From Iphione sp. A-MEVVRFRX5 (Eukaryota), in contig OZ320314.1 of NCBI GenBank assembly GCA_976226885.1, positions 50,964,001 to 51,028,000 of the forward strand: 64,000 bases of DNA, in the 5' to 3' direction. Under the pieces are notes generated by a model. It was not told the DNA's origin. It did not search any database and saw only the letters and a program-made list of their open reading frames with translations. The first letter of the stretch is position 1, and every line of letters begins with the position of its first letter. The position numbers and the translations under genes are program-made. Below, one piece after another: positions 28,303-41,423 of this stretch.

Positions 28303-28439
28303 GTAATCTAGGAGTTATTTTAGTAGTTTCCGTAAATGTCAATACGTTTGAAAGTAAGTGGATATTGCGTAATCTAGGAGTTATTTTAGTAGTTACCGTA
28401 AATGTCAATACGTTTGAAAGTAAGTGGGTATTGCGTAAT
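28303..28439. repeat. 66-bp tandem duplication at the start of a Fat intron
   Basis: gtaatctaggagttatttt... starts at 28303 and again at 28369; near-identical copies. Confidence 0.9.
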
Positions 28440-29764
28440 AAATATTTGATCAATCACTCATCCGAGGAGGTGACCTTTTATGACTAATTTAGCTCCTTAA
28501 TGATATGCTTTTTGTCCCCCACCATGCTGCGAACGGACTGTCCATCCTTCCATCACACATTTGTTACACTACCTATATAAAACGTTGTCCAAAAGTAGTC
28601 CGGCCATGGGGGCTGCCATGTCATTCTGATGTGATTATACCAAAATGCATTATTTTTGTTAGTACTTCATGCATAATGATACTGTAGGACAAAAGAAAGA
28701 TGATTATTCATCTATTATGTATGTAAAATGCTTAAAGTACTAAAAAAACATGACATATTCATGAAGTCGGCAATCCGGGCATTTGTGGCAAGCAAGGTGT
28801 AAACAAAGAGTTGTCAACCCCAATTTGACAAGGATTTCAAAGGTGTCATAAGGCTTCATTGTGATAAATGTATAAGTTTATCATTTATCTAAATGACTTA
28901 ATAAGTGTTTAGATTTAAATCCCTTTTTAAAAGTTGTAATTCAGCAAAAATACTGCAGAGGTGAAGAGTGGGTGATAATCAGGGAGTTTCTACATATTCT
29001 TGTGTGAACTCTAAGGACTGGTAAAAAGAACTTAATGATAATTTTAACACATGCACTTAATCTAAAGGTAGTTCTACATGTGTGTTCATATATAATGTCA
29101 GAATTAGCATTCAAATCAATGTCAAATTATTATTATGAGACCAAACAGTACAATAGCTCAAAGAGAGAAGTCCACTTGTTTTCACCTCCACTCTGGGCTC
29201 CCTGACCTATATCTGACTAAGGCCACCACTCTTATCTGCCACTGTGACGTCATGCCGACTTGAAGAATGTGGCCCTACTTTCTACACAGAGTGGTGTATT
29301 CCTACCCCTCTGTTCAGTCAAGCAGAACTGAGGGTTGTAAACTTGGAAGAGGGGTCAAAGTACAAGGTACTGTTTTACAACCCTCCCTCCCCCCCTCTCT
29401 CTCTCCCTCCCTCTCGCCAAAGGCGCTTGTCTGCCTTATAAATCTAAATCTTTTCAGTCAACTAACCCAGTTTTCATGTATGATATTTATGTAAATTTTG
29501 GTAGTACATTCAAGTATTCTAAAGGTGGAATTATTTTAGTTTACACTTTTGCCCCCATACCCCCGGCCATACCCACAAACACATATATGTGTACATTACA
29601 ATACCCCTCTTCTACCTCTTCCACCTTGTAGCAGTCTGACCAAGGGAGGTGCAATCAAGCATGAAATGACCAGTTAGGTTGGGGACAATAGACCATGCAT
29701 GCTCACACTCTTGTCCTTACTCTGTTCTGCGTTGTCTTAATCCTTTACATCTCACTCCGCACAG

Positions 29765-30072
29765 CGAGCTACGACTCACCAACAACCGCGTCACGGTGGG
29801 CGGCGTGCGTACCATCAACACTGTCCTCACCAATCCGGGCCAGGTGTCGAGCCACGACTTCGTCGGCTGTCTGCGTGCATTCTCCGTCAACGGCCGGGAC
29901 CTGATGAGCATGGCTCCAGAGGCGGAGGAGGCCGTGGAGGAGGGCTGTCCCCGGCGGGAGGCCAGGCTGTGCCGGCCGGGGCTGTGTCAGAGGGGCGGCG
30001 TCTGTGTGGATGAGTGGAGTTCGTACAGCTGCAGATGCCCGCCTGGTAGCGCCGGGAAGGACTGCTCTGAAG
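29765..30072 (+). CDS. FAT4: Fat/FAT4-like exon 12 (end of LamG1 plus EGF5)
   Basis: cacAG/GTgaga; NNRVTVGGVR...DFVGCLRAFSVNG...CQRGGVCVDEWSSYSCRCPPG. Confidence 0.95.
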
Positions 30073-30658
30073 GTGAGAAGGAGGAGGAACCACTCTTTTC
30101 ATGTATAGCCCTTTCCCCCTGCTTCTTTTGGGGCGGGGATACATGATCAGAGAAATAAAACCCATGCGTTATAGAGACGTATACACACAATCATGGAGGT
30201 TCTTATAATCCACGACACAGAGATAGGGTCTATGGGCAGGAAACGTTTTCCGTGTCATAATACCACGGTTAGAACTTTGTGGTTCTTTAACCTGCAAAAT
30301 ATCCCTTTTTTATTTTTCAATATATTTCTGTATTAAAATCCTACGCTTCCCACTATGTGGATTTTGTTGCTATTGGAACATGTACATGTATACAGGCAGG
30401 AAGGTCACCGGGGCCGGTCCGGTCAAGCTGCCATTTACTCAGATGGTCATTTACCCACAGGTAACGTCGGATATGGTAATCCACCTACGGCACGAGGGTG
30501 AGAAACCCTGGAAATAAATGGCTCTGGTTACATCTGTACCTGTGTACTTGTTAACTTGTGCATACTTTGACCGCCTCTGTGTGATGCACTCAAGAATGAA
30601 ATTTGTGATTTCGCTGCAAATCTAGCCAGACATAAAAGATTAACCCCTCTCCATTCAG

Positions 30659-30882
30659 ACTCGGTGCCCTTCTCGTTCGGCCCGGATGCAATGGTCGTCT
30701 ACCGCCAGAGGGAGTCCTATAAACGTGACCAGCAGTTCGCCTCATCACCGTCGGCCCAACGGCGGCGACGCCGTCGTCAAGCGGAAGTTGGTGGTCGATC
30801 GGTGTCACTAACATTCAGGACGGGCCAGCAGGAGGGTTTGCTTTTCTACAGCGCCACGGGTGCCGACCACACCACCATACAG
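30659..30882 (+). CDS. FAT4: Fat/FAT4-like exon 13 (LamG2 start)
   Basis: ttcAG/GTacgt; FSFGPDAMVVY...RRRRRRQA...SLTFRTGQQEGLLFY. Confidence 0.93.
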
Positions 30883-31063
30883 GTACGTTTCCATGGGTAT
30901 TCATAGTAAACTGATGTGTCATTATTGGTATTCTCATTATACATATTAAATGTATAGGTATTTTTTTATAATTATTAATTCATATTCACATTTTAGTAAT
31001 TGCATCTAAAGATTTGTTAATTTTTTGTGCATCCTCACTGAGTTTATCCTTTTCTGTCGACAG

Positions 31064-31184
31064 GTCTACAATGATCAGGTGTTGTACCGGTCAGTCGTGC
31101 GTGGGCAAGTCTTCAGCTTACCCGCCCCACAGGACGTTAAGGTCACGAATAGCCAGTGGCATAACGTAACCATTAATGTTCGAG
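31064..31184 (+). CDS. FAT4: Fat/FAT4-like exon 14 (LamG2)
   Basis: gacAG/GTatgt; VYNDQVLY...VTNSQWHNVTINVR. Confidence 0.93.
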
Positions 31185-31325
31185 GTATGTATACAGCTCT
31201 GCACTTTGGCCAAATTGTTATATAAGAAAACTCCAGACTAAAGCTAGTAGAATATTTGGCATTTGTTTGCAGTAAAATCATTCGCTGTCCACTCGTAAAA
31301 ACATTTCTCCTTCTGCTCTCCACAG

Positions 31326-31475
31326 GGAGTGCTGTGACTATGACCTTGGATGACGCAGAGACTGGGGACAAGTTCTCTAGCCCTGTGCACAATCCGCTTG
31401 AGCTGGACATAGACAAAATGTCAATAGGAGGAACAGACGACCCAGTCACGGTATCTGGGGCCAGCCCCATCAAAG
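31326..31475 (+). CDS. FAT4: Fat/FAT4-like exon 15 (LamG2)
   Basis: cacAG/GTgagt; SAVTMTLDD...IDKMSIGG. Confidence 0.92.
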
Positions 31476-31795
31476 GTGAGTTTTACTGTCACTATCGCAT
31501 ATATGCAGTACATATACATGTACATAATATACCACCACTATCACCTGATATCCATTTACATGAATATTGCAACAAGAGCTTTCCACCAACACAACCGCAG
31601 AAATACATATACATAAAGAGAAATATAGGTTGTTGTTGCCACTCGACATTTGGTTTAATACATCGAAAACAGTTTTGTGCGTGATAGTTGCAAAGGGTCC
31701 CTATATAGTTCTATACATGTATGATAGTTATTTCCTTCCTACATATGAATACATGTTGTGTAACAACTGTTTGACGTATCTTTGATATTGTGCAG

Positions 31796-33927
31796 GATTC
31801 GAGGGCTGTATCTCTGAGTTCCGACTCGACGGTCGTGTCCTGCCCTTCTCCGGAAGTACTGACCGCTTCGTCGCCGTGCCAATAGGAGGCGCTAACAATG
31901 TCACGTGTGCTGCCGGCATCTTGGGTTCACCTGCGGGAACATCAGTGCACGTGGCGGTCATCGTCGTCGTCGTCTTCTTCGCCATTGTTCTTATTGTGAT
32001 CGTCGCAACCTTCCTGGTGATCCGCCTTCGACGACGGCGGAAGGAGGCGGCAGCGGCGGGCGGCCTCGGCACAGGCGGGAAGGCGGGCAAGATGAACGGC
32101 AGCGTTGGCAAAACCAACGGTGCTATTTTGAACAAAACTGGATCCGGAAGCGCGAGTGACAGTCGAAGCCACCAGGATTCTGGCTTCACGGAGAATGGCG
32201 ACCTTTCCGAGGAAGCCATCATACAGCAACACGTGCAGCGTGAACTGGCTTCACGCAGTTTCAACGAGCGCGAGGTACGTGAACAGCAGTTTGCGTCGTC
32301 GCGCCCTGACCTGGTCTCGCCTGAAATGGGCGGTGGTGGCAGCGGGGACGGCATCGGCATGGACAACAATGGCTACTCCGAGGAGCCCCCCGAGCATTAT
32401 GACATTGATAACGCAAGCAGTATAGCGCCATCGGACTTGGTGGACGTGACGGGTCACTATAAGAGATACCGGCAGTCTGGAGGAGTCGGTGGAGGCAAGC
32501 ACCATCATCAGTATAACGTGCCTCCACCAGGACAGATGAACCGGGGCCGCCATACTCCGAGCCCTGCTAATGTGCTCGGGGGAGGGGGCGTCCCTGGGGG
32601 TAAGCCCTACGGGGTCCGGGAGAGTCCCCTGACTGTGGGGCACCGGCAGAGTCCCGCAGTACAGATGATGGCCCAACATCACCGGGACAGTCCCAACATG
32701 CATGCTAGTACACCTCTTAACAGAGGTATGTCTCCCTTACCTGTGGTGCCTGGGTCTCGTCAACATACACCTAACCATATGCTGGGGCCACAGCATCCTC
32801 CACCTATCAGTCCGGTAGGCTTGAACAACCTCTCCCGGACAAGCCCAGCTCTCATAGAGCGAACAACGTCACCTTTCAGCCAGAACCAGCTTGGCAGAGG
32901 ACAGTCCCCCAGTGTGTTGCACATGCGCGATAAACGCATGAGCCCCCTACCGGCAGGGGTGAACAGCATGCGCTCCACGCCTGTGAATGGCTTATACCCC
33001 AGTAATGCCAGCAATGGTAGTGGCACTGGAGCTGGTGCAGTGGGGTATGGAGGCGACCGCAACCACAAGGCCGCCAATGGCCACCCCCCGCATCTGCCGG
33101 CACCAAGGCCCAACAGCCGCATGAAGCAGCCCATCAACCAGATGGCCATGAGCCGCGCCACCCCAACCCGAGGGCTGACCGTGGAGGACGTGGAGAGACT
33201 CAACGCACGCTCCAAACCAAGCCCAGCCAGCACCCTGGACGTGGGGTCCTCCTCCAGTGATGATGCCCCACGCCAGAATCTCCTCCAGCAGCAGCAGGGG
33301 CGAGCTAGGACCCCGCTGGCTATGTCTCCCTTTGATCCAGGGAGAGCTCTACAGATGGAGCCACCTCCGGACTCCTCGTCTGACGACGGCAGTAATGACT
33401 CGTTTACATGCTCCGAGTTCGAGTATGACAACGACAAGGCTCCAGGGGTCGGGGGTAAAGGCGAGTATATCCCCAACAGGTCCGCCTTCCCGAAGCTGAC
33501 GGAGGTGTCGGAGAATGACGACACCGACGCCAGCCGGACGTTTACTCCGAACGGCTCAGACTCGAACCGCGATGGGTCGCTGAGTACGTTCTTCTCCGAC
33601 GACGATCTCCCCAGTAAGTCGGGCAGCAAACTGTTGAACGGGGCCCTTAACTGGGATTATCTGCTCAACTGGGGGCCCAACTTCGAGAAGCTGGTCGGCG
33701 TCTTCACTGACATCGCCGAATTACCCGACGGCAGCTCCCTCCTGGAAAAGAAGGGTAAGAAGTCGGCGCCGGCCACTTCCGGTTCCGCTAAGCCATCATC
33801 GCCCGCTGTGGAGTCGCCACCTCAAATGCAGCCTCACGACGACAGCGGCGCGGCCGCTGACATCGTCGATGTGGATTTTGTCGCGTCGGAAGCCACCAAC
33901 TCGCAAGTTCGTGAAGAATATGTATGA
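31796..33927 (+). CDS. FAT4: Fat/FAT4-like terminal exon (LamG2 end, TM helix ~31951-32022, cytoplasmic tail)
   Basis: tgcAG acceptor; GFEGCI; hydrophobic VAVIVVVVFFAIVLIVIVATFLVI followed by RLRRRRK; motifs I recognise from Fat/FAT4 tails: HYDIDNASSIAPSD, RPNSRMKQPI, GLTVEDVERLN, SFTCSEFEYD, NWDYLLNWGPNF, C-terminal EEYV; TGA at 33925-27. Confidence 0.97.
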
Positions 33928-34001
33928 AGCTTCATAAATGAAATTATGCGTTGATGTTGGAAGACGTTTTATATATATAGCATAGACAATACATCGCGCT
34001 G

Positions 34002-34007
34002 AATAAA
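34002..34007 (+). promoter_or_regulatory. Candidate polyadenylation signal of the Fat/FAT4 gene
   Basis: First AATAAA, 75 nt after the stop; the 3' UTR could extend further into the AT-rich sequence. Confidence 0.4.
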
Positions 34008-37000
34008 CATGTACATGCATCAGTCATCCCTTCCAGTGAGAGAGAAAAGCAACAAAGTGTTCTTCCAGAGAAGAATTTTATTATTGTAATATTATTATCA
34101 TTTACAATCGTTTTTTAGGCAATGGATTAACCCTCTCGGTGTCATCATCTGTATATTAGCGATGCCCGCTCTACCCGTTCAAGGGTGCCTCCCCCTGGAT
34201 GGCGGTCTGGAAGGAGCCCTTCATTCATCATTCTCTAACGTGTAGCGGATAATCTATATAATAATACTCTAAGCAGAAGCCTTATGCAACTCTTTCTATT
34301 ATGTTTTATATATAATGCTGGTCATCAGAGTCATAAATCATTTATGCAGATCATCATTCATTGTTGTTTGCGAAATGAAGGTATGTTATACAGTGGTGGT
34401 CTATACATATGTGTATTCATAGGAACCACGCAAAATATAAGGACAAATTCTCTTTTTACATGTCAGGACATCGCCTTGCTGTCCAGTGAGATGTTTTTAT
34501 TAGGTAGCAAGGCTACCAAAGCAATGAGCCTGTATGTTATAGGTCTATTATATCATGGAAGTTTCCCTGCGGCTCTTGGAGTGCCACAGAATATATGTAT
34601 ATTTTGTACATGCTCCACTTTATATGGACTACGTATGTAACATGATGTATATGGGACAGCCTAAGGGTCGGTGCGGTCCGTTAATTGTGCGGGGAGGACA
34701 GTATCGTGTATGATTATTTTTTAAAAGAAAGATAGCTGGAGTCTGTCTGTATACTCAAATGCGTGACATTTACTGTTAAGCGTTCGCTTGTGCCACCAGA
34801 CGTACTAAGCAAGGGCCTACCTATGACCCCTACTTAGGAGCATTATTCAGCCTGGATTTCCATGTCAGCATATTCCCCGTCCATAGTCCTGCTCTCTAAA
34901 CAAAGACTCCCTATACCTTTGAATTCGACATTTCCTAATCAATGAAGTATGGGTTCGTTGTAATTAGAGCAGAAGTATAGATGAGACTTGCATGGACATG
35001 TAAATCCAGCCTTGGGGAGGGACACACATACATAGCTGCATATAGAGTACCTTCATGATGAAGAGGAATCACTACCACATGATTCACCCGTGCCTTAAGT
35101 ATACCTACTGGATTTGTAACTGGTCTCATATCCATAGAACTGTACAGGATGCAAACGGTAACCTCTTACCAACTACGTACTCTCTTCGAATATGCCGACT
35201 CGGTGCCTGAATCTCTCCACTAGGTTTTGTTTTTGTATGACTTTTGTTAGGGGTAGGGGTGGCATATTTCATAGAAGAAAACACTAGACCAAGTACTTCA
35301 ACAGCAGTGCTGTGCTAACGATTACATTGAGAACATCAGAAGGTTTAAGGTTCCTAACTGCCTGAAGGAGGCTCTTCGAGATGAAGCGGGACTGACAGTC
35401 TTCGTATAGTATATGTAGAAGCCATGTCGACATCAGGTAGATATTTATTAATATTGCCTATCCTTGCCGCACCCCTACCCCTGCCACCAATTCCAACATA
35501 TCACAGAGAACCTCTGTATTCTATGAACTTAGTCTCTACGTGGGTGCGTGGGCGGGAGGTTGAAGCTGATCATATCACTGTGCATCCCTTCCCTATCTCC
35601 TGTCCGTACCCTAGGTTTGTTCTACGTCATTTATAGGTCGATGGAGTATTAGGTGTTTTATACAATGAGGAAAACATAGGTCTGCAATGTATAGGAGTTA
35701 TCGTGAATATCTTAAGGCTGCGTGCCTTGGAATTTGTATACCATGAAGAAGCAATACGAAAATATGCTAATGTTGCCTGTGAAAAGTATTTCTCGTGTTA
35801 TATTGAAAATATTGGAGATATTTTACCGTCGGCTGCGTGAATTTACGAAAGAAAACAACCGATTTACAGGCTTTGAAATATGATGTTTTATTATGTTCAT
35901 TTCTGTACATTGTTTCGCCTACTTTTGCTTGAGAAATCACTGCCAGTATAACTATTTAAACACATCATGTCACGTTCACTTTCAAAACGGTTTTTTCCAT
36001 ATCTCTTGTCGTTTATATAATCTGTTAACGATGTGTACAAAATGAGAAGAGTTACATTGATATATACTAACAAAATTTTCAACTTTGTCACAAAATCATA
36101 TCAACGATTAGATATTCGAGGGGTCAGTTGGATTATTTTAGCGAAATAACTTTGTCCTTTAAAAGAAGTTTTATAAAACATTATTTTAGGCGACTTGTTT
36201 TCACAAAAAAAAAATGAATATAATTGGACGTGATACCTTTGTATCTTAAAGAGAATCTCTTCACTTCACATCTCAAGCTCTACTCATAGTTATTCAGCGA
36301 AAATATTGTAAAGAAAATATGTCATGGAAATATTTGCATTTGTCTTTTTTCTCACAGTTCATGATCGTATCGCATGTGAGCGAATAACAGTGATACATAG
36401 TTAACCGTTGTAAAGGATGTTTGTCTCGAAAGAAATTAAAGTTTTGTATAAAATGTATAAAAGGCATGGTGCCGTGATCTTCGTAAATAAAGAATTTTAT
36501 AAATATTTTGGTTTTGGGTTTTTGCTCTATTATAAATCAAATACATGGATAGCAAAAACGCCAAAATCGTTTTTAGCTTTAGTACCAGGACAGGACACAA
36601 GGTGTCTACCTATGTTCTTATCCTTCTACAAAGTCAAGGTCACATTTCACTCTAAGTTCATGTAACCCGCTAATTATCTTGACTGTGGTCGAAGAGATTG
36701 TATTATGAGCAGTTAGCCATTTCAGGTTTTATTGGACGCCTTATATGCAGTATAAAAATTCTCTTGATCGCCAACTCCATTGTGGGTGTTTGGGTCCGAA
36801 TGAAAACAGTTCATTTTCACGAAATTCGCGTTACAACCTAAAACCAGTCGTAGGTTGTCCTAATTCTGATCCGAATTTGTCAGGTAAGCTGTTCTCCAAT
36901 TAAAGAAACAGAAAAATAGCAAGGGTTGATGACCAACAGTCCATGCTGCCCTATATATGTACTATTCGTTCCTTTACTGTCTGAAAAGCATCCCTAGAGT

Positions 37001-40000
37001 TAGCCAGAATAGTGCGTGGTTCTTGGACTCTACCAGCACCTTAATGAATGGCAAGGCATTGTGCAGTGCAGTATCCCCTCACTAATCCGACTACCACTAG
37101 TTCCAAGCCAATTCGGTCTCAATAGGGAGTAGTTGGATTTAACAAAGGGTCATAGCTAGGGATATAAATGGAAGGAACCACCGTTATAGGACAAATATAT
37201 TTAGTGCTTATTGCCTACCACTTCCAAGAGGAGTGAATGACCTTAGAGTTGCTGATGTCCAATGATACAACATTCGGTTACAACCTTGTGGGCCTATCTT
37301 CTAACCAATCATATCAAATGCTTTGAGTTTTAAATATGGTGTTTCTCTGTATAAACTCTTGACACTGGCTTATGTTTGTTACACAGAGTGAGTTTGTTTG
37401 TAGATTTCGAGACAAAGCTATGTCATAATCTGCTCACTCAGGCAGAACTAGTTAGTTCCACTTTACTGAATGGCTGGTGGAGGAAAATAGACCTCTAAGG
37501 TCCCCATCCTTGTTCACACATACCATGCAATGATTAAAAAGGATAAAAGCAAAGAATCTATGGATTAAGTTTTTTCAAATTAGCCTACATGTTTACCAGG
37601 AGGAAAACAGTATCTTATTTCTTAAACAAAAACTTGTGAGCAGAAAAAAGGGAAAAGAGGGTGGTTTACAGCAAGTGGTAGATGATTTCTGACAATACCG
37701 CCATCCGCTGAGGACTAGAATAAGTAACAAGAACGCCACCTGGTGCCTATATATTCTGAAACAGTAGATGGCGCCATGATTTATGCTGCCAGTTCTTTTT
37801 GACTCCAGTGCCCCGTCACTGTTGTTGATGATGGGGATGGAGCGCAATCCAAAGTCCGAGGGAGAGACTAGGTTTCCATGTGTGTGTGTTGCCGTGAGGC
37901 ATATTTTTACAGGCGTTGAAATTAATCCGACAATTATATTTGTAAACATGATTCACAGTGGAAGTGTAACATACATGGCACATTTTTAAGGCTATGGAAA
38001 CGTGAAAGATTGTAGGGAAAATGGTGAAATTCAGGCAAACTGGGTTGAAACACGACAAGTTTTATGTAAATTAGGTTGAAAAACAGCAGAAAATGCAAAA
38101 TTCATACAAAATTGACTGAAACTTGGTGAAATGCATTTTATTTTGGCTGAAACATGGTGAAATTCATGTACTTTTCACCGAAAAATGGCTGTAAGAGTAC
38201 AGAAATGTACAGATTTGTGAGAAATATGTAATTGTTAGCATGGAACATAGCTAACGTGATTTTTTTAAAACCCCACTTTGCCTATACTGCTAGGGATAAA
38301 AGTGCTGTGACGCCATGGAAAATGGAACATTTCCCAATTTCGAAAACATGATGCATGCAGAAATGTTACATGTAACACATTGCATGTGCACATGCATACA
38401 CTCCTTCTCTTAACATTCTTAGCAAGAAAGCATGATGAAAATATACTTACACGCCCATGAAAACACGTGCATGAAACCTCGCTGTAGAGACTAGAAAGAG
38501 GCCCAAGTTACTTTCTGTTTGAATGTACATAGGGTTTCCCAAGGAAAGGTACAAGATCGAATCATCAAGTAACACTAGTGTTGTACATAGGGTTCAATAA
38601 TTTATGTAAAAAATCCACATAGTTTCAGGAGGCTTTCTCCATGAAAATCGCGGGCAGTAATCTATTGTTATCTGAGGTACATATAGGGGTTTGATTAATG
38701 AGTTAGTACCATTCATAGATTGAAAAAAGGATTTTACTCTGTTAACCATGATGTCTTATTGTCCCCCGCCTCATAGAGAGGGGGGAACTAAGGAATGCTG
38801 CTGGCTGCTATTCTGACCTTCCATCACACATTTATGGGTCTTATAACTCACAAACCCTTCACTCAAAAGAATTAATTTTAATATATGATATTTGTACACA
38901 TGGTTCCATGGCACTGGGTAATTTTGGTAGTAATTTAAGTATTTTAAAAGTGAAATTTTACTCTTTTGCTAACACACCCACAAACATACATGCCTGATTT
39001 GGGGATTCCTAAGTCTGAAAATGCACATGTATACATGCATGCACACACACCAATACCTCCCTTCTGCTTGCAGCAGTCTGGTGATCAGTCAGGCAGAACC
39101 GAGGTTTGTGTGCTCAGTCAGGCAGAACAGAGGGCTGTAGACCTGAAGGACTTAAAACAAACCCACCCAACCATCCCAACCATCCCTACATTTACCATTT
39201 CCTGTTTTAAATTATCGTCATTACCTGCATCTTTCAGTGTTTTTTTTTGTTTTTTATTATTAGTAACAACATCCCTTTAATTTGAAGATGATTATTCACA
39301 ATCGTAGACCCAGTTAAGCAGTTTGATATCTAGATTATTACCCTCCCTAATTTATCTCTCAGATCATCGATTGATACACCTTGAACAATCACAGCAACAT
39401 CATCAGAATACCTAAAACTTTCACATTTTCCCTAGGAAGTTACTAATGAATAGTAGAAAAGATAGGGGGCCTTGTGCAACCCCTCATGTAACTGTTCTGC
39501 AGTTTGATTCTATACTATAACAGCTCACGTATTGCCTTCTTTTGACTAAATATGATCGTATCCACCCTAGTTCTAGACCAGAAACATTGTTTAAGCCTTT
39601 TTAAAGTTAGCAAAAATTCCTGGTACATGGACTTTCATGCCTTCATTTAGAGACCTTCATTTTTTACAGCCATGGCACCATGTTTTTGGTCTGTTTTGGC
39701 GGCCATAATGGTAACACTGGAATGGTTTCCTTATGGATGATTCCACAGCCATGGAAACATACTGCCACGGCCATGTTTTTGGATTGGAAACATTCCCAAT
39801 TTTCACAGCACCATGGCCATATTATCATCATGTTTTTGGTCATGTGACTGTTTTTGTATAAATGGGACCTCAGGGACATGGTGTTTGTGACAGTATCAAC
39901 ATAGTATAGTGATACAGCCTTGATGTAGTCATGTAATGAGTGAGATAGCCTTGATGTAGTCATGTAATTAGTCATATAGCCTTGATCATAGCATATAATT

Positions 40001-40589
40001 AGCCATATATTAGTCATATAATATTATATAAATCATCATATGTCAAATATTTAGTCATATATATGGTCATATATATTCAAACTTATAAAAACTTACATTA
40101 CTAAATAACATTAATGTTTCTTCTTTACATTTTATTATTGAAGCCACTGTGCGAGTGAAATCTTACCCAGGCATCCCGGCTGATGGAAAGAGTGTTGTTA
40201 ATTTCGGCTCAAAGTAATTTGACTACAGCAACAATTACATATTATTACAATCCCTTAAAATTTACTCACAAAAGATGCTTGTAAAAGATGTAAGTTCATG
40301 TGAATCTATTTGTTGTGCTTCAGATGATTCTGACTTTAATCCAGAGATTGTAGGGGTGGAGGAGCAGGCCACGAAAAGCTACAGAGGCCAGTAATTGTAA
40401 TGCTAGTAATATATATTAAAGCACGGCCGCCATCATTTTTGCTCTTTGGCTCTATATGAGTGACTGTGGCTGTATTTCGCATACAGCACAGACATGGATG
40501 AGTGGATTTGGCAATTAAATGTCCAAGTGTGAGGTAGGGGATGGGAGGGGGGGAATATCCAGACCGGAGAAACTGAAGTATTTTTGCAT

Positions 40590-40666
40590 TGGAGAGGGTT
40601 CGAACCCATGTTGTCAGTATGAGCTGTCTATAGGCTGTGACTCTATCCACTGCTCCACAGAGACTC
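40590..40666 (-). mobile_element. tRNA-derived SINE-like head
   Basis: Minus strand has A-box-like TGGAGCAGTGG (40657-40647) and B-box GGGTTCGAACC (40607-40597) at Pol III-like spacing; no complete cloverleaf visible. Confidence 0.5.
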
Positions 40667-40696
40667 ATGCTAGATATCAGCACAGGGAAAGTGTGC

Positions 40697-41280
40697 TGTT
40701 ACTTGTTGTCTGTGTAATGTAACCATCTGTAGAGTTGTCTGTTACCTGTTGTGTGTGTCTGTAACCATCTGTAGAGGTGTCTGTTACCTGTTATGTGTAT
40801 CCTATAACCTTCTATAGTTGTGTGTATTACCTGTTGTGTGTGCTCTGTAACCTTCTGTAATGGTGACTGTTACCTGTTATGTGTGTCCTGTAAGCCTCTG
40901 TAGAGGTGTCTGTTACCTCTTGTATGTGTTGTGTAACCTTCTGTAGTGGTGTCTGTTACCTGTTATGTATGTCCTGTAAGCCCCTGTAGGGGTGTCTGTT
41001 ACCTATAGTGTGCCTACTGTAACCTTCTGTAGAGGTATCTGTTACCTGCTATGTGTGTCCTGTAACCTTCTGTAGAGGTGTCTGTTACCTGTTATGTGTG
41101 TCCTGTAACCTTCTGTAGTGGTGTCTGTTACCTGTTGTGTGTGCCCTGTAACCTTCTGTAGAGGTGTGTATTACCTGTTGTGAGTGCCCTGTAACCTTCT
41201 GTAGTGGTGTCTGTTACCTGTTGCATGTGTCCTGTAACCTTCTGTAGAGGTGTCTGTTACCTGTTGTGTGTGCTCTGTAA
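40697..41280. repeat. 43-bp minisatellite, ~13 copies
   Basis: Unit gtaaccttctgtagaggtgtctgttacctgttatgtgtgtcct; starts at 41062, 41105 and 41148 give a 43-bp period. Confidence 0.95.
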
Positions 41281-41423
41281 ATGAGATACATAAGCTCGTG
41301 TTTGGCTGAGGAGGAGAGAGAGAGAGAGAGGGGTACATAATCTCGTATGTGGCTGCTGCAATATACTGGCATGGTTTTGTATGACCATTTGTAATGGTTG
41401 AATGACCATCAGGTGCCGTGCTT

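Noticed and set aside
22893-33629. Long alternative-frame or antisense ORFs over Fat exons (22893-23615, 31728-32369, 32760-33629)
   Set aside because: Shadow ORFs expected from GC-rich codon usage; no independent domain signal
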